Source: Novosphingobium sp. | GTDB lineage: Bacteria; Pseudomonadota; Alphaproteobacteria; Sphingomonadales; Sphingomonadaceae | Length of the DNA: 64,000 bases | Assembly (NCBI RefSeq): GCF_030696665.1 | Contig: NZ_JAUYRV010000022.1 | Span: 2,976 to 66,975 of the forward strand | Direction of reading: 5' to 3' | Shown: one piece after another, positions 8,531 through 18,596 of the stretch | Numbering within the stretch: position 1 is the first letter of the stretch | Layout: the number at the start of each line of letters is the position of its first letter | Made by a program: the position numbers and the translations under genes | Notes under the pieces: model-generated | Told to the model about the DNA's origin: nothing | Databases searched by the model: none | What the model saw: only the letters and a program-made list of their open reading frames with translations

Positions 8531-9139
8531 ATCCAAAGCCCGCCCCCGAAGCACTTCATCCCGCATCGCCAGCAACCGCGCATGCAGCGATTCCCGCACC
8601 ACCTCCGCCCGCGCAAAGTCCTCCGCCTCCCGCTCCGCCGCCCACTTGGCTTTCAGAGCCTCGTACACCGGATGCCCCTCGCGCAGATCGGCCAGCTTCA
8701 CCGCGCCATACTTCTCCGGCCGCCGCGATCGCAGCAGGAACATCAGCAGCGCCGTATTGTGGTGCGTCCAGTGGGTAACGACCTTCCCGCGTGAGACCAC
8801 CGGTCGCTCTTCGCCCGCAATCGCCCGCTCCAGCGCACAATCCTCCAGCCGCGAATACCCCCGCTCCACCGCCGCATCCCAGGCGTGTGCAAAGCCCTCC
8901 GCCCCCTCCCGATGCCGCAACTTGTAAAGCGCCTCCATCGACGCCCCGATAGACCGCGCCGCCTGAGTGACGATCCCCGTAGCCGCCAATGTCGCGATGA
9001 ACCGCCGCTGTTTGTCAGGCGTGATGGAATTGCGCCGGGGAGCGGCGTGGATATAGGGTGCAAAATCCAGCACCTCGTCGTCCGCCGCCACCTCGTCTGA
9101 ACGCACCACGCGCGATGTCCGCCTGTTCTGCCTTGCCAT
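8360..9139 (-). CDS. Hypothetical HTH protein, terminase-small-subunit-like sphingomonad family
   Basis: TPDKQRRFIATLAATG.VTQAARSIG.S.EALYKLR...FAHAWDAA and LLMFLLRSRRPEKYG; last 171 nt overlap the + strand gene. Confidence 0.7.
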   Translation of the reverse strand: MARQNRRTSRVVRSDEVAADDEVLDFAPYIHAAPRRNSITPDKQRRFIATLAATGIVTQAARSIGASMEALYKLRHREGAEGFAHAWDAAVERGYSRLEDCALERAIAGEERPVVSRGKVVTHWTHHNTALLMFLLRSRRPEKYGAVKLADLREGHPVYEALKAKWAAEREAEDFARAEVVRESLHARLLAMRDEVLRGRALDSGDFRDVDGRGRGEAQGVGDFNDVGHGAGLVRREAFEAGEEGAAGLDEVGGRAFKL

Positions 9140-9280
9140 GCAGTGCAAATAACCTATTTGGTTAAATGTAGGAAAGGGAAAACTTCCCCGGGCTGAGCCT
9201 GCCGCTTGAAGCACGTGACTTGGCGACAGGCCTGACTGGCATCAATCAGCGCCGTTCGGCCGAGCCATGTTTAACAATCG

Positions 9281-9859
9281 TCAGATAACGGACGAGCGTT
9301 CAAGATCGTAGACATCGATCTGTTCAGCAACGAAGCGGTCCTGAAGTGCATCGGGTCCGTTCGCTTCGGCATAGTCTGCCTCTGCGGTCGATATCGGAAT
9401 AATTTGCAGAAACGCCACAGTCCGAGTTTCAAGCTGCTGTGATTCCATATCCCAAAGAAATGGATCGACCAGCATGGCGTGCTGCATCACAAAATCCGGA
9501 TGATACAGCGCCACGACATCTTCCAGTATTTCACCGGGACCGATGTTTGCGCCGTCGTTCATGGCTTCGAAAGCGCAACTTGCCAAGATATGCGCGCCGT
9601 GCTGGTAGCCCGCTCCGCAAGCCATCACCAGTTCGACCCGCAAATCCTTGCCATTCGCCTCCAGACCGATGTCATGTGTGGCGAAATCGAGCGTAGCATA
9701 TGTCTTTACGCCCTGCTCTGGCCGATCGTGCACGGCCATGATGTCAACCTTGCTTACCTCTTTACTGTCGCCAACCCCGATGATCTCCGAAGATTCTCCA
9801 AGCTTGGCCTCAAGATAGGCAAAGACTTTCAGGCTGTCGTTGCTGGGTGTCGTGGTCAC
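9281..9859 (-). CDS. SUFU-domain immunity protein (YqcF-like)
   Basis: DRPEQGVKTYATL, LRVELV, PFLW, FLQIIPIS..E..YAEANG.DALQD motifs; GTG start overlaps toxin stop (GTGA). Confidence 0.85.
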   Translation of the reverse strand: MTTTPSNDSLKVFAYLEAKLGESSEIIGVGDSKEVSKVDIMAVHDRPEQGVKTYATLDFATHDIGLEANGKDLRVELVMACGAGYQHGAHILASCAFEAMNDGANIGPGEILEDVVALYHPDFVMQHAMLVDPFLWDMESQQLETRTVAFLQIIPISTAEADYAEANGPDALQDRFVAEQIDVYDLERSSVI

Positions 9860-10410
9860 TTCGGTTTGCTGCCTTTCCATGCCCCCGTTGGCGCCTCCAG
9901 CGAGTGGCCGCGATTGGTGGAAGGCAACTCCGGACGATAATGCTTGGGGTTGTTGTGCTCGTCAAGAAACTGCTTGCGCTTGATGCCGCGCTTCATTGCA
10001 TCTTGCTGGTGCTTCTTGAACTCATAACCCGGCTTGTGGCCCATGTCCCATTCGTCGGTCTTTTTCATCGGCTGCTTGGTCTTCGGATCTCGAACCTTGC
10101 CGTCCTTGCCCTTGGCTGCGTCCCAGGCCTTGTCGCGCACACCCTTGCGAAAGCCGGATGGCCGATCATAGGTTTTGGGAACTTTCCTTGCAGGCTTGGG
10201 AGCCGGCTTCGAGGCGGGCTTGGGCTTCGGAATGGTAGCTTTTGCCTTCGGGCATTTGGCTATCGACTTTGCAGTTTTGGTAGCGGCCTGTTTGCCAACC
10301 TTCTTGATCGCTGCGGTCGCCGCCTTCTTGGCTGCATGCTGCACCACTTTCTTCGCAGCGTACATCAGGGCCAGCCTCGCTGCGGCGCCCACGATAAGTG
10401 GCAAGACCAT
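9856..10410 (-). CDS. Polymorphic toxin with GH-E (HNH/EndoVII) nuclease domain and short Lys/Ala-rich N-terminus
   Basis: WDMGHKPGYEF..HQ...FLDEHNNP.HYRPELPSTNRGH; directly upstream of SUFU gene. Confidence 0.88.
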   Translation of the reverse strand: MVLPLIVGAAARLALMYAAKKVVQHAAKKAATAAIKKVGKQAATKTAKSIAKCPKAKATIPKPKPASKPAPKPARKVPKTYDRPSGFRKGVRDKAWDAAKGKDGKVRDPKTKQPMKKTDEWDMGHKPGYEFKKHQQDAMKRGIKRKQFLDEHNNPKHYRPELPSTNRGHSLEAPTGAWKGSKPK

Positions 10411-10426
10411 GATCGGCTATCCGTCG

Positions 10427-10762
10427 CTAGGCCGCGTCAACTGACGCATCGAGCAGGTCGTGGATGCGCTGGACGGTGTCATCGCCGCCCTGCACATAGT
10501 CCCTCACCGATGGATATGTCAGCGTATCAGGGCCAAAGCATAATGCCATCGCACATAGCAGGCCGAGCGCCTCCTCATCGTCGACGTCCCACGATTGCGC
10601 CAAAGCCATCGTCTGCCGCACCAGACCGCACAAACCCTCCCACCCAAGAGCCTGCGCATCCTGCGGCATTTCTTCCCACAACGTCTTCGCAACATGGTAG
10701 GCAAACGCATCGCCATGAGCCTTGCCGATGCGCTCAAAGGTGGCGCTGGAAATTTCGAGCAT
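10427..10762 (-). CDS. Hypothetical helical protein, putative toxin adaptor/chaperone
   Basis: 111 aa after GGGAGG RBS; stop 16 nt before toxin start; alternative in-frame start 10945. Confidence 0.65.
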   Translation of the reverse strand: MLEISSATFERIGKAHGDAFAYHVAKTLWEEMPQDAQALGWEGLCGLVRQTMALAQSWDVDDEEALGLLCAMALCFGPDTLTYPSVRDYVQGGDDTVQRIHDLLDASVDAA

Positions 10763-11328
10763 GCCCTCCCACTCGCCTTCCTGCACGGACGAATCGCCCG
10801 AAAGCCTTAAACTATAGTGCCAATAATAGCGCCGCCCGCAATGCGCTGCGGTGACCTCGCGCACACCGAACCCCCGCGCCTCGGCGACAACCGCCACCAC
10901 GCCAAACCCGACAGAGGCAGAAAACAAGAAAAATGCGACGGCCATCGCCCTCACGCTTCTGGAAATGGGAGCAAACCGCACCCCCACCCGCACCCCCGCG
11001 CAGGTGAGGCCTTCAGCCGGTTTAAGGAAAGCTCCATGCGCACGCATCCCGCATCCCGCATCCTCCCGATCTCCACCTTCTCAGCTTCGCCCTTGATGCC
11101 TGAATTGAAGGCTGCTGGCCTTGGCAGTGGGGTCAGCGCAAAGACAAAGCCCCCGAAGGCCGGTCGCCAGTGCATTGATATAGGGAAAGGGGCCGCAGGG
11201 AGAGGAAATGCGAGGGTCATCCGGAATGGTCGCCACGTTTCCGGACGCCGTGCGCATGAATGTTCAAACACTTACCGGCTTGATTGCGGAACTCCATCGC
11301 AGAAGTAGCTTCGGCCACTTCGAATCCC

Positions 11329-11357
11329 TTGACCCCGCCCACAAACCCGCCTAAGCG
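11329..11357 (+). promoter_or_regulatory. Putative sigma70 promoter of the str operon
   Basis: TTGACC-N17-TAAGCG about 260 nt upstream of rpsL. Confidence 0.55.
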
Positions 11358-11423
11358 CCCGTCCTTCCACAGGTGCGGCTTGTCCAAACCTCGTGGCTTG
11401 AGCTGAACATTGCCGGTGCGTCT

Positions 11424-11450
11424 CCGCTCACCCTGAGCTTGTCGAAGGGC
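11424..11450. repeat. Half copy of a REP-like element in the rpsL leader
   Basis: CCGCTCACCCTGAGCTTGTCGAAGGGC resembles one arm of a widespread intergenic inverted-repeat family (recalled); partner arm absent. Confidence 0.4.
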
Positions 11451-11616
11451 CGAAGATAATCCGTCAAAGTAACCCGGCGACGAATGTTGCGGGTGGAGCG
11501 TTTCGGTTCGTGATCGCTTGAGGGCGGGGCCTTATGTCCCCGCGCACACGCTTTTGCGGCATCCGCGATCCTTCACCTTTGGCACCAGCGCCACCAACAC
11601 AGGTGAAGAGTACTTC

Positions 11617-11988
11617 ATGCCCACAATCAATCAGCTGGTCCGCAAGGGCCGCGAACCGCAGAAGGCCAAGTCCAAGGTCCCTGCGATGGAGCAGAACCCG
11701 CAGAAGCGTGGTGTTTGCACGCGCGTTTACACGACCACCCCGAAGAAGCCGAACTCGGCTCTCCGCAAGGTCGCCAAGATCCGCCTGACCAACAGCCGCG
11801 AAGTCATTTCGTACATCCCGGGTGAAGGCCACAACCTGCAGGAGCACTCGGTCGTGCTCATCCGCGGCGGCCGCGTCCGCGATCTTCCCGGCGTTCGCTA
11901 CCACGTCCTGCGCGGCGTGCTCGATACGCAGGGTGTCAAGGATCGCAAGAAGTCCCGCTCGAAGTACGGCGCCAAGCGCCCGAAGTAA
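11617..11988 (+). CDS. rpsL: 30S ribosomal protein S12
   Basis: [10 protein letters not shown]...[11 protein letters not shown]. Confidence 0.99.
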   Translation: MPTINQLVRKGREPQKAKSKVPAMEQNPQKRGVCTRVYTTTPKKPNSALRKVAKIRLTNSREVISYIPGEGHNLQEHSVVLIRGGRVRDLPGVRYHVLRGVLDTQGVKDRKKSRSKYGAKRPK

Positions 11989-12003
11989 GCCAATTGGTCA
12001 GGT

Positions 12004-12086
12004 CCGGTTCCGGCCCGCTCCCCCACCCGGCTACCCTACCAAGGGTAGAATATGGGTGGCCGGGTGGGGGAGCGGGCCGGAACCGG
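12004..12086. repeat. 33-bp inverted repeat in the rpsL-rpsG spacer
   Basis: Arms 12004-12036 and 12054-12086, one mismatch (a G-U pair in RNA). Confidence 0.9.
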
Positions 12087-12132
12087 AAGGCACGCCCGGA
12101 TGGGCGGGCCGCACTCCGAAGGAGTTAAAAGT

Positions 12133-12603
12133 ATGTCACGTCGTCGTCGTCCGGAAAAGCGGGTCATCCTGCCCGATCCCAAGTTCGGTGATCAGACCCT
12201 GTCGAAGTTCATGAACAATCTCATGCTCGATGGTAAGAAGTCGGTTGCAGAAAGCATCGTCTACGGTGCGCTCGAAACCATGCAGACCCGTGCGAAGGCG
12301 GACCCGGTCCAGCTCTTCCACGATGCGCTGAACAATGTCCGCCCGCAGATCGAAGTGCGCTCGCGCCGCGTCGGTGGTGCTACCTATCAGGTTCCGGTCG
12401 AAGTTCGCCCCGAACGTGCCCAGGCGCTCGCCATCCGCTGGCTGATCACCGCAGCGCGCAACCGCAGCGAAACCACGATGGCCGCGCGCCTCTCGGCCGA
12501 ACTGCTCGATGCTGCGAACAACCGTGGCAACGCTGTGAAGAAGCGTGAAGACACCCACCGTATGGCCGACGCGAACCGCGCGTTCAGCCATTACCGTTGG
12601 TAA
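12133..12603 (+). CDS. rpsG: 30S ribosomal protein S7
   Basis: [10 protein letters not shown]...[14 protein letters not shown]. Confidence 0.99.
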   Translation: MSRRRRPEKRVILPDPKFGDQTLSKFMNNLMLDGKKSVAESIVYGALETMQTRAKADPVQLFHDALNNVRPQIEVRSRRVGGATYQVPVEVRPERAQALAIRWLITAARNRSETTMAARLSAELLDAANNRGNAVKKREDTHRMADANRAFSHYRW

Positions 12604-12678
12604 GTCTTTAAACGGTCACATCCGTAACCATATGGGCGGAGCCTCGCAGGCTCCCCCATATTTCCAAGGAAAAGCATC

Positions 12679-14751
12679 ATGGCACGCAGCCATCCGCTTG
12701 AGCGTTATCGCAACTTCGGCATCATGGCGCACATCGACGCCGGCAAGACGACGACGACCGAGCGCATCCTCTATTACACCGGCAAGTCCTACAAGATCGG
12801 CGAAGTCCATGACGGCGCCGCCACGATGGACTGGATGGAGCAGGAGCAGGAACGCGGCATCACGATCACGTCGGCCGCCACCACCTGCATCTGGAACGAC
12901 CACCGCCTCAACATCATCGACACCCCCGGCCACGTGGACTTCACCATCGAAGTCGAACGTAGCTTGCGCGTGTTGGACGGCGCTGTCGCCGCCTTCGATG
13001 GCGTCGCCGGCGTCGAACCGCAGTCGGAAACCGTATGGCGCCAGGCGGACAAATACAAAGTCCCCCGCATGTGCTTCATCAATAAGTTGGACCGCACCGG
13101 CGCCAACTTCTACTACTGCGTGCAGACGATCATCGATCGCCTCGGCGCGAAGCCAGCGGTGCTTTATCTCCCGATTGGCGCGGAAGCTGATTTCAAGGGA
13201 CTCGTTGATCTCGTCGAGAACCGTGCGATCATCTGGAAGGACGAGGCGCTGGGCGCTGAATTCTTCTACGAGGAAATCCCTGCCGACATGGCCGACAAGG
13301 CCGCTGATTATCGCAACCAGTTGATCGAACTTGCCGTTGAGCAGGACGATGACGCGATGGAAGCGTACCTTGATGGCAACGAGCCTGATGTGGCGACGCT
13401 CAAGGCGTTGATCCGCAAGGGCACGCTGAACCAGTCGTTCGTTCCGGTGATCTGCGGCTCGGCGTTCAAGAACAAGGGCGTTCAGCCCCTGCTCGACGCC
13501 GTTGTGGATTACCTGCCTTCGCCGCTCGACATCGAGGACGTGCAGGGTGTCCACCCTGACACGAACGAGCCGGACAGCCGCGCTACGGCGGACGATGCAC
13601 CGTTCTCGGCGCTGGCGTTCAAGATCATGAACGACCCGTTTGTCGGCTCGCTCACCTTCACCCGCATCTATTCGGGCACGCTCAACAAGGGCGGCTACCT
13701 GAATTCGGTGAAGGGCAAGAAGGAAAAGGTTGGCCGCATGCTGCTGATGCATGCCAACAGCCGTGAAGACATCGATGAAGCCTTCGCTGGCGACATCGTG
13801 GCGCTGGCCGGTCTGAAGGAAACGACCACGGGTGATACCCTGTGTTCGGAAAAGCAGCCGATCATCCTCGAGCGCATGGAATTCCCCGAGCCGGTGATCG
13901 AACTGTCGGTGGAGCCGAAGACCAAGGCCGACCAGGAAAAGATGGGCATTGCGCTCAATCGCCTCTCAGCCGAAGATCCTTCGTTCCGCGTTTCGACCGA
14001 TCACGAATCCGGCCAGACCATCATCAAGGGCATGGGCGAACTTCACCTCGAAATTCTTGTCGACCGCATGAAGCGCGAGTTCAAGGTCGAGGCGAACGTC
14101 GGTGCGCCGCAGGTGGCCTATCGCGAATACCTGGCCAAGCCGATCGAGCTTGACCACACCCACAAGAAGCAGTCGGGCGGCACTGGCCAGTTCGGCCGCA
14201 TCAAGGTGAAGGTCACGCCGGGCGAGCGCGGTTCGGGCTTCAGCTTCAAGGACGAAATCAAGGGCGGTAACATTCCGAAGGAATATATCCCCGCGATCGA
14301 AAAGGGTTTCCGTGAAACCGCATTGACCGGTTCGCTGATCGGCTTCCCGATCATCGACTTCGAAGTGCTGCTTTACGACGGCGCCTATCACGACGTCGAC
14401 TCGTCGGCTCTGGCCTTCGAAATCTGCGCCCGTGGTGCGATGCGTGAAACCGCCCAGAAGGCCGGCATCAAGCTGCTCGAGCCGATCATGAAGGTGGAAG
14501 TGATAACGCCCGACGAATACCTCGGTGACGTTATCGGTGACATCAACTCGCGTCGTGGCCAGATTCAGGGCACCGATTCGCGTGGTAACGCCCAGGCTGT
14601 CACCGCAATGGTGCCGCTGGCAAACATGTTCGGTTACGTGAACCAGCTTCGCTCGTTCACCCAGGGCCGTGCAAACTACTCCATGTTCTTCGACCACTAC
14701 GACGAGGTTCCGGCAAACGTCGCAACCGAGCTCAAGGCGAAGCTTGCATAA
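12679..14751 (+). CDS. fusA: Elongation factor G
   Basis: [19 protein letters not shown]; 690 aa. Confidence 0.99.
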   Translation: MARSHPLERYRNFGIMAHIDAGKTTTTERILYYTGKSYKIGEVHDGAATMDWMEQEQERGITITSAATTCIWNDHRLNIIDTPGHVDFTIEVERSLRVLDGAVAAFDGVAGVEPQSETVWRQADKYKVPRMCFINKLDRTGANFYYCVQTIIDRLGAKPAVLYLPIGAEADFKGLVDLVENRAIIWKDEALGAEFFYEEIPADMADKAADYRNQLIELAVEQDDDAMEAYLDGNEPDVATLKALIRKGTLNQSFVPVICGSAFKNKGVQPLLDAVVDYLPSPLDIEDVQGVHPDTNEPDSRATADDAPFSALAFKIMNDPFVGSLTFTRIYSGTLNKGGYLNSVKGKKEKVGRMLLMHANSREDIDEAFAGDIVALAGLKETTTGDTLCSEKQPIILERMEFPEPVIELSVEPKTKADQEKMGIALNRLSAEDPSFRVSTDHESGQTIIKGMGELHLEILVDRMKREFKVEANVGAPQVAYREYLAKPIELDHTHKKQSGGTGQFGRIKVKVTPGERGSGFSFKDEIKGGNIPKEYIPAIEKGFRETALTGSLIGFPIIDFEVLLYDGAYHDVDSSALAFEICARGAMRETAQKAGIKLLEPIMKVEVITPDEYLGDVIGDINSRRGQIQGTDSRGNAQAVTAMVPLANMFGYVNQLRSFTQGRANYSMFFDHYDEVPANVATELKAKLA

Positions 14752-14843
14752 GCGCACGGATAGCATTAGGGGCGGCGCTCGATTCAGCGGGTGCCGTCCA
14801 TTTCCCGCAGTATCTGCACACATTGAAAAAGAAGGTTTGAACA

Positions 14844-16034
14844 ATGGCCAAGGCTAAGTTTGAGCGGACCAAGCCGCACTGCAACATCGGCACCATCGGT
14901 CACGTTGACCACGGCAAGACCACGCTGACCGCCGCAATCACCAAGGTTCTCGCTGAGACCGGTGGCGCGACGTTCACGGACTACGCGAACATCGACAAGG
15001 CTCCTGAAGAGCGCGAGCGCGGCATCACCATCTCGACCGCACACGTCGAGTACGAAACCGCCAACCGTCACTACGCACACGTCGACTGCCCAGGCCACGC
15101 TGACTATGTGAAGAACATGATCACCGGTGCTGCCCAGATGGACGGCGCGATCCTCGTCGTGAACTCGGCTGACGGCCCGATGCCGCAGACCCGCGAGCAC
15201 ATCCTGCTTGCCCGCCAGGTCGGCGTGCCTGCTCTGGTCGTGTACATGAACAAGGTCGATCAGGTCGACGACGAGGAAATCCTCGAGCTCGTCGAGCTGG
15301 AAATGCGCGAACTGCTCAGCTCGTATGGCTTTGAAGGCGACGACATTCCCTTCGTCAAGGGTTCGGCTCTGGCCGCTCTCGAAGGCCGCGACGATGCCAT
15401 CGGTCGCGATTCGATCAACGCCCTGATGAAGGCCGTTGACGAGTGGATCCCGCAGCCGCCGCGTCCGACCGACAAGCCGTTCCTGATGCCTGTGGAAGAC
15501 GTGTTCTCGATCTCGGGTCGTGGCACCGTTGTGACCGGTCGCGTCGAGACCGGTATCGTCAAGGTTGGTGAAGAAGTCGAAATCGTGGGCCTCAAGGACA
15601 CGCAGAAGACTGTTGTCACCGGCGTTGAAATGTTCCGCAAGCTGCTCGATCAGGGTGAAGCTGGCGACAACATCGGCGCACTGGTGCGCGGCGTGAAGCG
15701 TGAAGACGTTGAGCGTGGTCAGGTTCTCTGCAAGCCCGGTTCGGTTACGCCGCACACCGAGTTTTCGGCAGAAGTCTACGTGCTGTCGAAGGATGAAGGT
15801 GGCCGTCACACGCCGTTCTTCGCCAACTACCGCCCGCAGTTCTACTTCCGCACCACCGACGTGACCGGTGAAGTTGTCCTTCCTGAGGGCACCGAAATGG
15901 TCATGCCAGGCGACAACCTGTCGCTCTCGGTCAAGCTGATCGCTCCGATCGCGATGGATCCAGGTCTGCGCTTCGCAATTCGCGAAGGTGGCCGTACCGT
16001 CGGTTCTGGGGTTGTCAGCACGATCTCGAAGTAA
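14844..16034 (+). CDS. tuf: Elongation factor Tu
   Basis: [14 protein letters not shown]; 396 aa. Confidence 0.99.
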   Translation: MAKAKFERTKPHCNIGTIGHVDHGKTTLTAAITKVLAETGGATFTDYANIDKAPEERERGITISTAHVEYETANRHYAHVDCPGHADYVKNMITGAAQMDGAILVVNSADGPMPQTREHILLARQVGVPALVVYMNKVDQVDDEEILELVELEMRELLSSYGFEGDDIPFVKGSALAALEGRDDAIGRDSINALMKAVDEWIPQPPRPTDKPFLMPVEDVFSISGRGTVVTGRVETGIVKVGEEVEIVGLKDTQKTVVTGVEMFRKLLDQGEAGDNIGALVRGVKREDVERGQVLCKPGSVTPHTEFSAEVYVLSKDEGGRHTPFFANYRPQFYFRTTDVTGEVVLPEGTEMVMPGDNLSLSVKLIAPIAMDPGLRFAIREGGRTVGSGVVSTISK

Positions 16035-16046
16035 TATAGGCCGCGC

Positions 16047-16086
16047 ACCGGCGGGGAGATTCGCTCTTCCCGCCGGTCGGTTTTTT
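16047..16086 (+). terminator. Intrinsic terminator after tuf
   Basis: GC stem followed by TTTTTT. Confidence 0.7.
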
Positions 16087-16202
16087 ACGACTGATCGCTT
16101 TTTGGCAGTTGGCCCGCTCTCCCCGAGCTTCAGATAATGGGGTGGGGTAGAGGGCAGGTTAGCTGACTTTTTTGTTTCGCTCTTTCGCATCGGTAAACGG
16201 AC

Positions 16203-16514
16203 ATGGACGCCCAGAATATCCGCATTCGCCTTAAGGCCTTTGATCATCGTGTGCTCGACCAGGCCACTGGAGAAATTGCAGATACCGCCCGCCGCACCGG
16301 CGCGCTGATCCGGGGTCCAATCCCGCTTCCGACGCGCATCGAAAAGTTCACGGTCAACCGTGGCCCGCACATCGACAAGAAGTCGCGCGAGCAGTTCGAA
16401 GTCCGCACCTACAAGCGCCTCCTCGACATTGTGCAGCCCAATGCTGCCACTGTGGATGCGCTGATGAAGCTGGACCTTGCCGCTGGCGTGAACGTTGAGA
16501 TCAAGCTCGCTTAA
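16203..16514 (+). CDS. rpsJ: 30S ribosomal protein S10
   Basis: [14 protein letters not shown]. Confidence 0.99.
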   Translation: MDAQNIRIRLKAFDHRVLDQATGEIADTARRTGALIRGPIPLPTRIEKFTVNRGPHIDKKSREQFEVRTYKRLLDIVQPNAATVDALMKLDLAAGVNVEIKLA

Positions 16515-16906
16515 GCGAGTTTACCCCCGCGTAGTCGGGGGTCTTGACCGGTTGGGCTGACCGTATCAGTCCCGGAATTTACAGGTGGTTTTCGGACTGC
16601 CTGAAATCCCCGCCTTCGCGGGGAAGCAAAGACAAGAGCTGGTGGAAGCCAACTCAAGACCTTCACCCCGGTTTCATGCCGAGTGAAGGGCCAGAGTTTC
16701 CGGGGTAACAAAAGCCTCGTTGACAATGGGATACCTCCGGCGCCGCGCCATTTCCGGGAAACCGGGTGAGCATAGCCGGGCAAGCGTCCCCCGATTGCTT
16801 CTGCGTCTAGTGGAAGTATTCAGCCCGGTCGGGGGCGCGCTTCACATACGGGCTGAACACGCATGTCGGGATGGGCCTGGCATGCCTCTGTTATGGAGTA
16901 TGGATC

Positions 16907-17665
16907 ATGCGCACCGGCGTGATCGCGAAGAAGGTGGGGATGACTCGCCTTTTCCAGGAAGATGGACGGCACGTGCCGGTCACTGTCCTGTCGCTAGAAA
17001 ATTGCCAGGTGGTTTCGGTTCGCACTGAAGATCGTGACGGTTACGTTGCGGTTCAACTCGGTGCAGGCCAAGCCAAACAAAAGAACGTTGCCAAGCCGCA
17101 GCGCGAGCATTTTGCCAAGGCAGAAGTTCCGCTGAAGATGGAAGTCGCCGAGTTCCGCGTCGCAGAAGACGCGCTGCTCGAAGTCGGCTCGACCATTGCT
17201 GCTTCGCACTTCGCCAACGGCCAGTATGTCGACATCTCGGGCAACACGCAGGGCAAGGGTTTTGCCGGTGCGATGAAGCGTTGGGGTTTCGGAGGCATGC
17301 GCGCCACCCACGGTGTTTCGATCTCGCACCGTGCCCACGGTTCGACCGGTAACCGTCAGGATCCAGGTCGCGTCTTCAAGAACAAGAAGATGGCCGGCCA
17401 CATGGGCGATCGCCAGCGCACCCAGCAGAACCTCGAAGTCGTCCGCACGGATGATGAGCGTGGGTTGATTTTCGTGAAGGGTTCCGTGCCCGGTTCGAAG
17501 AACGCCTGGCTGCTGGTTCGTGATGCCGTCAAGGTCTCGCGCCACGCTGAAGCGCCCTATCCCGCTGGCCTCAAGCAGGCCGCCAACAGCAATGACTCGG
17601 CAGCTGCCGACACCCCGGCGGATAACGTCGCGGCTGTCGAAGCCACCGAAGGTCAGGAGGGCTAA
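16907..17665 (+). CDS. rplC: 50S ribosomal protein L3
   Basis: [26 protein letters not shown]. Confidence 0.99.
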   Translation: MRTGVIAKKVGMTRLFQEDGRHVPVTVLSLENCQVVSVRTEDRDGYVAVQLGAGQAKQKNVAKPQREHFAKAEVPLKMEVAEFRVAEDALLEVGSTIAASHFANGQYVDISGNTQGKGFAGAMKRWGFGGMRATHGVSISHRAHGSTGNRQDPGRVFKNKKMAGHMGDRQRTQQNLEVVRTDDERGLIFVKGSVPGSKNAWLLVRDAVKVSRHAEAPYPAGLKQAANSNDSAAADTPADNVAAVEATEGQEG

Positions 17666-17668
17666 GTC

Positions 17669-18292
17669 GTGAAGGTTCAGATCCTCAATCTCGACGGCTC
17701 TGTCGGCACGGGCGAAGTTGAACTGTCGGAAGACGTGTTCGGCATCGAACCCCGCGCAGACATCCTGCACCGCGTTGTCACCTGGCAGCTCGAAAAGCGT
17801 CGCGGCACTGCCCGCAAGGCGCGTGAGCGTTCGGACGTTGCCCGCACTGGCAAGAAGTTCGGCAACCAGAAGGGCGGCGGTACGGCTCGTCACGGTGATC
17901 GTGCAGCTCCAATCTTCATCGGTGGCGGCAAGGCTCACGGACCTCGCGTTCGTGACTTCAACCCTTCGCTGAACAAGAAGGTTCGTGCGCTCGGTCTGAA
18001 GATGGCGCTGTCTTCCAAGGCCAAGGCCGGTCTGGTGGTTGTCGACTCGCTCGACATCGAAGCCAAGACCAAGGCTCTGGTTGCAGAACTCGGCAAGGCC
18101 AACTGGGGCCGCAAGGTTCTGGTGATCGATGGCGATGCGGTGAACGACAACTTCGCCAAGGCTGCGCGCAACATCATCGGCGTGAACGTCCTGCCCGCGA
18201 TCGGTGCCAACGTTTACGACATCCTGAAGCATGACACGCTGGTGCTGACGCGCTCTGCTGTCGAACAGCTGGAGGCGCGTTTCAATGGCTAA
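17669..18292 (+). CDS. rplD: 50S ribosomal protein L4
   Basis: [10 protein letters not shown]; position in S10 operon. Confidence 0.99.
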   Translation: MKVQILNLDGSVGTGEVELSEDVFGIEPRADILHRVVTWQLEKRRGTARKARERSDVARTGKKFGNQKGGGTARHGDRAAPIFIGGGKAHGPRVRDFNPSLNKKVRALGLKMALSSKAKAGLVVVDSLDIEAKTKALVAELGKANWGRKVLVIDGDAVNDNFAKAARNIIGVNVLPAIGANVYDILKHDTLVLTRSAVEQLEARFNG

Positions 18293-18587
18293 CGCAATCG
18301 ACACGCGTCACTATGACGTGATCGTGGCTCCCCACATCACTGAAAAGGCGACGCTTCTCAGCGAGCACAACGCCGTGGTCTTCAAGGTTGCCGAAAAGGC
18401 AACCAAGCCGGAGATCAAGGCAGCGGTCGAAGCCCTGTTCAACGTCAAGGTCACCAAGGTGAACACCCTGACGCAGAAGGGCAAGACCAAGCGCTGGAAG
18501 GGCAAGCCCTACAAGCGCTCCGACGTCAAGAAGGCTGTCGTGACCCTGGCCGCAGGCCAGTCGATCGACGTCACCAGCGGGATCTGA
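18285..18587 (+). CDS. rplW: 50S ribosomal protein L23
   Basis: [15 protein letters not shown]. Confidence 0.99.
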   Translation: MANAIDTRHYDVIVAPHITEKATLLSEHNAVVFKVAEKATKPEIKAAVEALFNVKVTKVNTLTQKGKTKRWKGKPYKRSDVKKAVVTLAAGQSIDVTSGI

Positions 18588-18596
18588 GGCTAGACC

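Noticed and set aside
8159-10762. Prophage or integrative element
   Set aside because: No integrase, att repeats, tRNA target or structural phage genes
10851-11096. Plus-strand ORF with an ankyrin-like phrase (IALTLLEMGAN)
   Set aside because: Single degenerate match in low-complexity sequence, opposite to the toxin operon, no clear RBS
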